From Mobula hypostoma (lineage: Eukaryota), in assembly GCF_963921235.1 (NCBI RefSeq), contig NC_086097.1, positions 54,562,001 to 54,626,000 of the forward strand: DNA of 64,000 nt. Direction: 5' to 3'. The notes below the pieces were generated by a model. It did not search any database, was not told where the DNA came from, and saw nothing but the letters and a program-made list of their open reading frames with translations. Below are positions 57,782 through 64,000 of this stretch, in pieces (position 1 is the stretch's first letter; every line of letters starts with the position of its first letter). A program made the translations under genes and the position numbers.

Positions 57782-58624
57782 CTGCGTAAAACACAAAATC
57801 TACCTTTGACATCCCCTATACTTTCCTCAAATCACTTTAAAATTGTGCTCTCTCATATTAGCCATTTCTGCCCTGGAAAAAGGCTGTGCACTTTATCAAT
57901 GCCTCTTATATTCAAGAAAAATGCCATACTGTCATAATTACTACTGTCAAGCTCCCTAGCCCTAGTAAATATTTCCAAATGTAATGATCTTAACATTTTG
58001 GCTCTAATTTAATTGTACACATTTTAATCTTTTCATAGTGCTCTGGCAAATGTTTAAAATATTAGCCTAAAAATTGTTTTTATTGTTTCTAATCGATGAG
58101 TTTTGTGTGATTGGCTGGACGGTTGGCTTGATGTTAGCATGGCTGTTGGCCCTGGAAAACGGCAGAACTACCTGTTCCACTACGGTGCACTCAACATGGT
58201 AATCTCGAAGATGCACAGACCTCCAACGTCTGGCATCAACCTTAGACAGATATCTGACAGTAATCAAAGTTAGGAAAATGGAAGTCTATGCTAGAGATCA
58301 TTTGATATTTATGGGAATGTTTCTTTTAGGTCAGCAGCAAGCGATTGCAAAAATCCAGGCCAGATTGTTGTTGACTCGCACAAGTTCAATGTCTTATCTC
58401 TGCATTAGCAAAGTAACACCTTAACAAGGTTTAATTGGATTTGTTCTGAAACAGCTGGCTTGTTTGTACGTCATCGCACCTGACATGTTCCTTCACCTTA
58501 CTCCATTCCACCCCAGTTATTAACCTGGGTGAGACAGCCAAGTCAAAATCATTACTCTACCTCAAAATCAAACAGGAAGGGTAAAGCAAAATGTCAGTGT
58601 TACAACTGACACTGAAACGCTACT

Positions 58625-61600
58625 CAAGTTCCAGATATATTTGTATTTTAATGAAACAGTTTGAACACAAGCTGAATTAAAGTTTTAAAGTATAATTTAA
58701 TGGACATAAATTAACTAATAAAAGCTAATGTACAATATATTAATTAGACACAACTACCACAGTGCTGAATGTGCATTAAAACCACAAATGCATTTCAATA
58801 AAAGACAAAACAAGTACAAAAAGCATGATTAAAACAAACAAATCTATTTGCTTCTGCAGACATTACAGAGTCCAAGGCCACTTTCTTGTGTGAACAAACG
58901 ACAGGATAATACACCCAACAGGGATACTCAGAACAACATACAGTGAGTCTGGATTTTGACATACTTGAATGAGTTCATGATAAATTTGAGTACCATTCTG
59001 GATGACTGTGTTCTTTTTTATATGACAAAACAGGTCAATTAATGACATTCAATTTTCGTTATACAAAATTGCACAATAACATTTTAGCAGTTCATTCACT
59101 TGAGTACAACTGAGTTTTGCAACGTCATAGAATGGGAATGTGAAGGTAGTCATCTTTTGGAATACAGGCATCAAAGATATATGCATCCATGTTTCAAAGA
59201 GAATAATTCTGTCACTAAGTCTGTGGCATTTAAGTGCAATTTAAAAAACAAATCACACAGTAATGATTAGACAGTGCTTGTGTAAACAATGTCATCTTGG
59301 TCAATGGCACATCACATCATGGACAACCAAACCAAATTCCAACTGATCCCTAACATAAATGAAATATACAGCAAATCTACAGCTACATTGTTTATTACAA
59401 ATAAAATATCTGCTCAACTACTTAACGTAAATGAAATCCTAAATCCAACCTTCAACCTTGAAACTTAACTTAACAAGAGGAAAAATAAGAGGAATTAGTT
59501 GCCTGGTAAACACAACAGTATCTGTTAAAGTCACAACCCATTTTAGACCTTCATTTACATAAATGTATACATATTAGTTGGTTCCTAAATTCTAAACGTT
59601 GTATTGCACTCTCAGACCTAGAAATTAGGCTATGCTGAAGAACAGTGTTAATTTTTAAAATAATTATGATTATAAAGTTAATTTCCAAGTAACTAGTTCT
59701 GTATTTCATTAATAAAATGCTCACTGACGATATATTGATACTCTGACATAAATTTTCCTTCACTGTTTTATAAATAGTTAAGATCATAACTGATGTATGT
59801 GCATTTTTAAACCGTACTATATACAACTGGTTAACACCCTTCTACAAATTCATTTACTTGGTTTTTCAAAGACATTAACTTAGAATCATTAAATAATTTA
59901 ACAATACCATTAACCCTAAGCATCAAAATAATTCTATTCAACTTCATTAAGCTTTTTAATATCTATTACTTGTGATTTCAAATCCCCACTTTTGCAAGGT
60001 TGCATCTGTTGTGTTGGGGCTTTAATGAATAAATACACATTTAAACACTGTAAAACTGGATAGTTTATAAGAATTATCAGTAAACAGGAATCCGGTTGGT
60101 CCTTACATCAAAAGGGTTTCTTACTTGTCTTCTTACTCTAAAAGCTCAACCATTTATCAATGATAAATGTCTCAAATTTGGTTATCTATATTCCTATTGG
60201 AAGATATGGCAGTCTGTATTCTCATTTGAGATAAATCGGTCAATGTTATTAACATATTATTATATATTTTTTCACACAATTTCTCGATCTTTTCCAAATC
60301 TACTGTAACTTGTTATTTTTTTTTCCTTCACAAACAAAATATTCTTTCCTTCTGTCACCCACTATCCCTCTAATTGACCAAATGATATTAGGAACTCACA
60401 GTGAGGATATTGAAATGAATGTCCCATCCATCCCTTGTTATTTTACTAACGTGATGCATCCTTTATGTTCAGGGGCAGGTAGGAATGATAAAGGCTAATT
60501 GACTGATGGACTTTATTGAAAGGGTGTAATTAAAGATGTTGTAGTTGAAGGAATTTGGTAAAAATTTGATAGGGCTTTGGAAAACACACATCTGCAGAGG
60601 TGTTTTGGTCTCTACTCATGGAAAGATGTGCTTGCATTTGATACAGTATATTGGAAAGAAGTTCAATTCCTGGGATGAGAGGGTAGTTCCTGAGCACAAA
60701 TGTTTTGCACAATACTCAGTGGAGGCGAGTAGAATAAGAATCAAGCTCATTCATTTATAAAAGTTTACGAGATTTTAACAGGGTTGGTGGTGAGAGGCTG
60801 CTTACCCTCACTGAAGAACTTGTAACTAAATAGCAGAGTCTCCCTTTAAATGCTCAGGCATTTCGGAATGTAATTGAGAAATTTCTTCACGGCTTGTACT
60901 TCTAAAATTCTGTATTCCAGAGGGCTGTGAATAATTTCAAGACGGTAATCAATATATTTTTGGACCTCTAAAAGAAACCATGACTAGGCCATTTTCAAGT
61001 TATAATATCTATGGAAAAACAATACTATATTGAATTATATTAGCAAAATTTAAAGTTCAAACTTGAAATTTATTATCAAAATATGTATACCATGTACAAC
61101 CTTGAGATTCACCGTTTTGCAGACGTGGTCAGACCTTGCCATAAGTATCAGTTCCACGTTTAGTCACAGTGACAAAGGGGACACAGCTGTTCCCTAGGGC
61201 TTTTAATGTTCAGAAGAATTTAGTCTGAAAAGTTTTGAAATAATAATTTGAAAAATATTTACAATTGTGAGATTCAAGCACAGGGTGCTAGGATGATATA
61301 ACTAAAATGGATTGGTTTTGTCCACATATAGCTTACCATTCAGAACCAATTAGAGTTGTAGCTGTAGTAGAGGCATTCTGGCTAAAAATTTTAAAGAAAA
61401 GGAAACTGGGATACATTCTGGAATTAGCAGGCCAAATATGGTGATTGATCTACATTACTGGTTAAGTAAACTCTGGTGCTTATTTCAATGGTTATAGAGA
61501 TGAAAAAAATCTCAAAGAAAGAACAGAACAGTATGGAGTGCAGTGGTCTGGGAAGGGAAGACCAATGCTCATCACTGCATCAACTCTAAGCCATGAGAAT

Positions 61601-62020
61601 CATTAACGAATACTGACATGGGAAATTAAAGTATCCAAACTGTGTTGGGAAAAATATCAAATAATTGACTGATGTAGAATAGACTTAATACTTAGTGTAT
61701 CTATGTGAAAATTACAACAGATAGGGAAGGAGAAAATATTTCATGTAATTATCAAACTTTATAGTTCCATAGCTATTATAAATCACTGTCTAAATATGTA
61801 TCAGATGCTATGCTGTTTTATCGAAAATCATAGTTATAAAACTAAAATATTGTCTAGTTGAAACTTTGATACAAGTACACAGTCCGAGTTTAGTTTTTAA
61901 ACTAATGTGACTTAAAAGAAATTCCGAATCCCACATCTCTTCCTCTTACAATATAAAACATTTACTGAATGTCTATAAGGATCTTGAACATCCAATGAAG
62001 TTCCATCGAGGACAAGATTT
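58625..62020 (-). other. GCH1: Probable GCH1 3'UTR, end uncertain
   Basis: U-rich on the minus strand. Candidate minus-strand poly(A) signals: AATAAA at 61069-61074, 60512-60517 and 59391-59396; ATTAAA at 58647-58652. Confidence 0.45.
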
Positions 62021-62147
62021 TCAATTCCTGATAAGTGTCAGAAACTCTTCTCGGGTCTTTGGGTCTTCCCGAAACACACCCAACATAGTGCTCGTTACTG
62101 TTTTACTGTTCATCTTTTGAACTCCCCTCATTACCATGCACATATGC
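62021..62147 (-). CDS. GCH1: GTP cyclohydrolase 1, last coding exon: [45 protein letters not shown]
   Basis: Reverse-strand translation gives the GCH1/FolE C-terminal signature HMCMVMRGV. Acceptor ttttctttgcAG (AG at 62149-62148); TGA at 62023-62021; 127 nt. Confidence 0.97.
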
Positions 62148-62629
62148 CTGCAAAGAAAAGTTGCATTAGGAACTGTTGTCCATCTCTCTTTCCCATGAAA
62201 TCCTCCAGAAGTGTTTGTTTGTTCAGTAATATTAGTCTAACTTCATTCCATTAAAACTTTTAAATTTAAAGAAAATGTTCGTAGTGATTTTGTAACTGGA
62301 CTACCAAGTTTTCCATTTTTCAATATCAACCTCTAGCGGGTGCGCATTTTGTTTTGCCGGTGGTGGGGAGGGGGGATTGTTGCTCGCCGCCACTTACACG
62401 CGGTGGGGGGGCTTTGGGTTTCTCGCGTTTAACTAGTTTAACTGTTGTTCATTCTTTGGGGCACTTCTCTGTTTTCGTGGATGTTTTGAGAAGAAAACAG
62501 ATTTCAGGATGTATATTGTATACATTTCTCTGACATTAAATTGAATCTTTGAACCGACCCTGAGTAATATTTAAATTGTGAACTAACGCCATTAAGATTT
62601 TACTGTACTCTTATTCTTCTGCTTTTCCT

Positions 62630-63750
62630 TCATATTTCATCTTCTATTTCCTTGTGTTTTTTTTTAAGTTGCCTTCTCTTGGTTTTTAAAGTTTTTCAAA
62701 CCCCTAACTTCCCACTAACATTTGTTATATTATACGCCCTCTCTTCTGCTTTTATTCTGTCTTTGACTTCCCTTGTCAACCACAGTTGTCTCATCATCCC
62801 ATAAGAACACTTCTTCGGGATGCATCTACCCTGCATCTGATGCATCTGATTTCAGCTTCTCCCTCCGAAACTAGTTCTGGGAAATGAGCCTGGCCGGGTG
62901 ACTAGCCTTTCAGTGGGAGAGCATTTGGAGAACAGTGATAACAACACCTTAAGTTTTAAGAGGTTATGAAGAAGAGCAGGTCTGTGGGAAAGTACCAAAG
63001 GGATGGGGGGGTGGGGGGGAAGGAGGACAAATTACGACATTGAGACAGGAGCTAAGGGTCATTAACTGGGAGCAGCTGTTATCAGGCAAGTCCATATTTG
63101 ACATGTGAGACTTGTTTAAAGACCATTCTGGGATACATGCCATTAGGCCTTGATGGCATATATCAGGAGAAGGAATGGGTCGGATACACGCAAGCTAGGA
63201 TTACAAGAGTCCCGGGAGGAGAGAGGGGATGCATAAATGTACTCAAGAAAGAAATCAGCAAAGAGGCAGAAGGTAGCTTTGGTAGAGAAGATTAAGGCAA
63301 TCCACACAAATTTTATAATTATATTTACAGTAACCAGGAAGAAAAATAGGGTTCCTCAAGGACCAAAATGGACTGCAGGAGATGGGTGAGATCCTCAATG
63401 AATATTTCTCCTCTGTTTTTACCATAAAGGCAATGAAGACTTTGGACCTTGAGAAAGTAAATGGAGAAGTCTTGGGAACAGTCTGCATTGCAACAGGGGT
63501 AGTATCGGATGTCTTAATCTGTATAAAGGGAGATCAATCTCCAGAGCTTCATCAGATCTATTCAAGAAAACTGTGGCAAGGCAAAGAAGAAATTGTGGGA
63601 ACAAGACTGGAGCATGGCTAATGTTATGCCTTTTTTATTTAAGAAGGCTGCAAAGATAAGCCTGGGAACTGTACTCCAGTTATCTTAATATCTGGGGTTG
63701 GTAGTTGCTAGGGGGATTTCTGAGGGATAAAATTTAGAAATACAGGCTGA
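62630..63750. mobile_element. Old CR1 fragments in the last GCH1 intron (minus ~62630-62830, plus ~62880-63750)
   Basis: MGEILNEYFSSVFT and LFKKA..DKPGN-like remnants. Confidence 0.78.
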
Positions 63751-63752
63751 TT

Positions 63753-64000
63753 ATCAGAGTCACGTTTATTATCACCAGCATGTGACGTGAAATTCGTTAA
63801 CTTAGCAGCAGCAGTACAATGCAATACATAATCTAGCAGAGAGAGAAAAATAATAATAATAACAAATAAAATAAAACATAATAAATAAACAAGTGAATCA
63901 ATTACGTATATTGCATAGATTTTTTAAAATGTATATTTTTAAAAAAGTGAAGCTTTAACATCCATTTAGGAATCGGATGGCAGAGGGGAAGAAGCTGTTC
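63753..64000 (-). mobile_element. Rex1/Babar 3' end, continuing beyond the window
   Basis: Closely similar to the 38493-38735 tail (TTTATTATCAC..GCATGTG...GAATC.GATGGCAGAGGGGAAGAAGC). Confidence 0.88.

Noticed and set aside
58067..58267. Coding exon of an additional gene
   Set aside because: No recognisable homology or convincing splice-site pair in the frames I read.

Overview
Repeat-rich vertebrate genomic DNA, about 40% GC by eye. The CR1, Rex1/Babar, Penelope, Tc1 and hAT repeat mix suggests a cartilaginous fish, possibly a ray; this is inference. Two host genes end here, tail to tail. On the + strand are the last five coding exons of SAMD4A (Smaug1; 3111-24265) and a ~2.9-kb TE-free 3'UTR. 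On the - strand is the last coding exon of GCH1 (GTP cyclohydrolase 1; 62021-62147), the same arrangement as in human. Most of the rest is nested, decayed transposable elements. The most notable signals are: (1) Penelope-like GIY-YIG retroelements carrying minimal type-I hammerhead ribozymes (2 intact cores, 2 near-intact, 3 degenerate); (2) a 1.46-kb TSD-flanked palindromic Penelope insertion, with a second insertion of the same design; (3) a candidate Smaug recognition element in SAMD4A's own 3'UTR; (4) an intronic tRNA-derived SINE folded into a ~147-nt hairpin. I found no clearly new gene system: ribozyme-bearing Penelope elements are a known class, although these copies may be unannotated. 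Splice sites, TSDs and motifs were read at base level; boundaries of old TEs are approximate.
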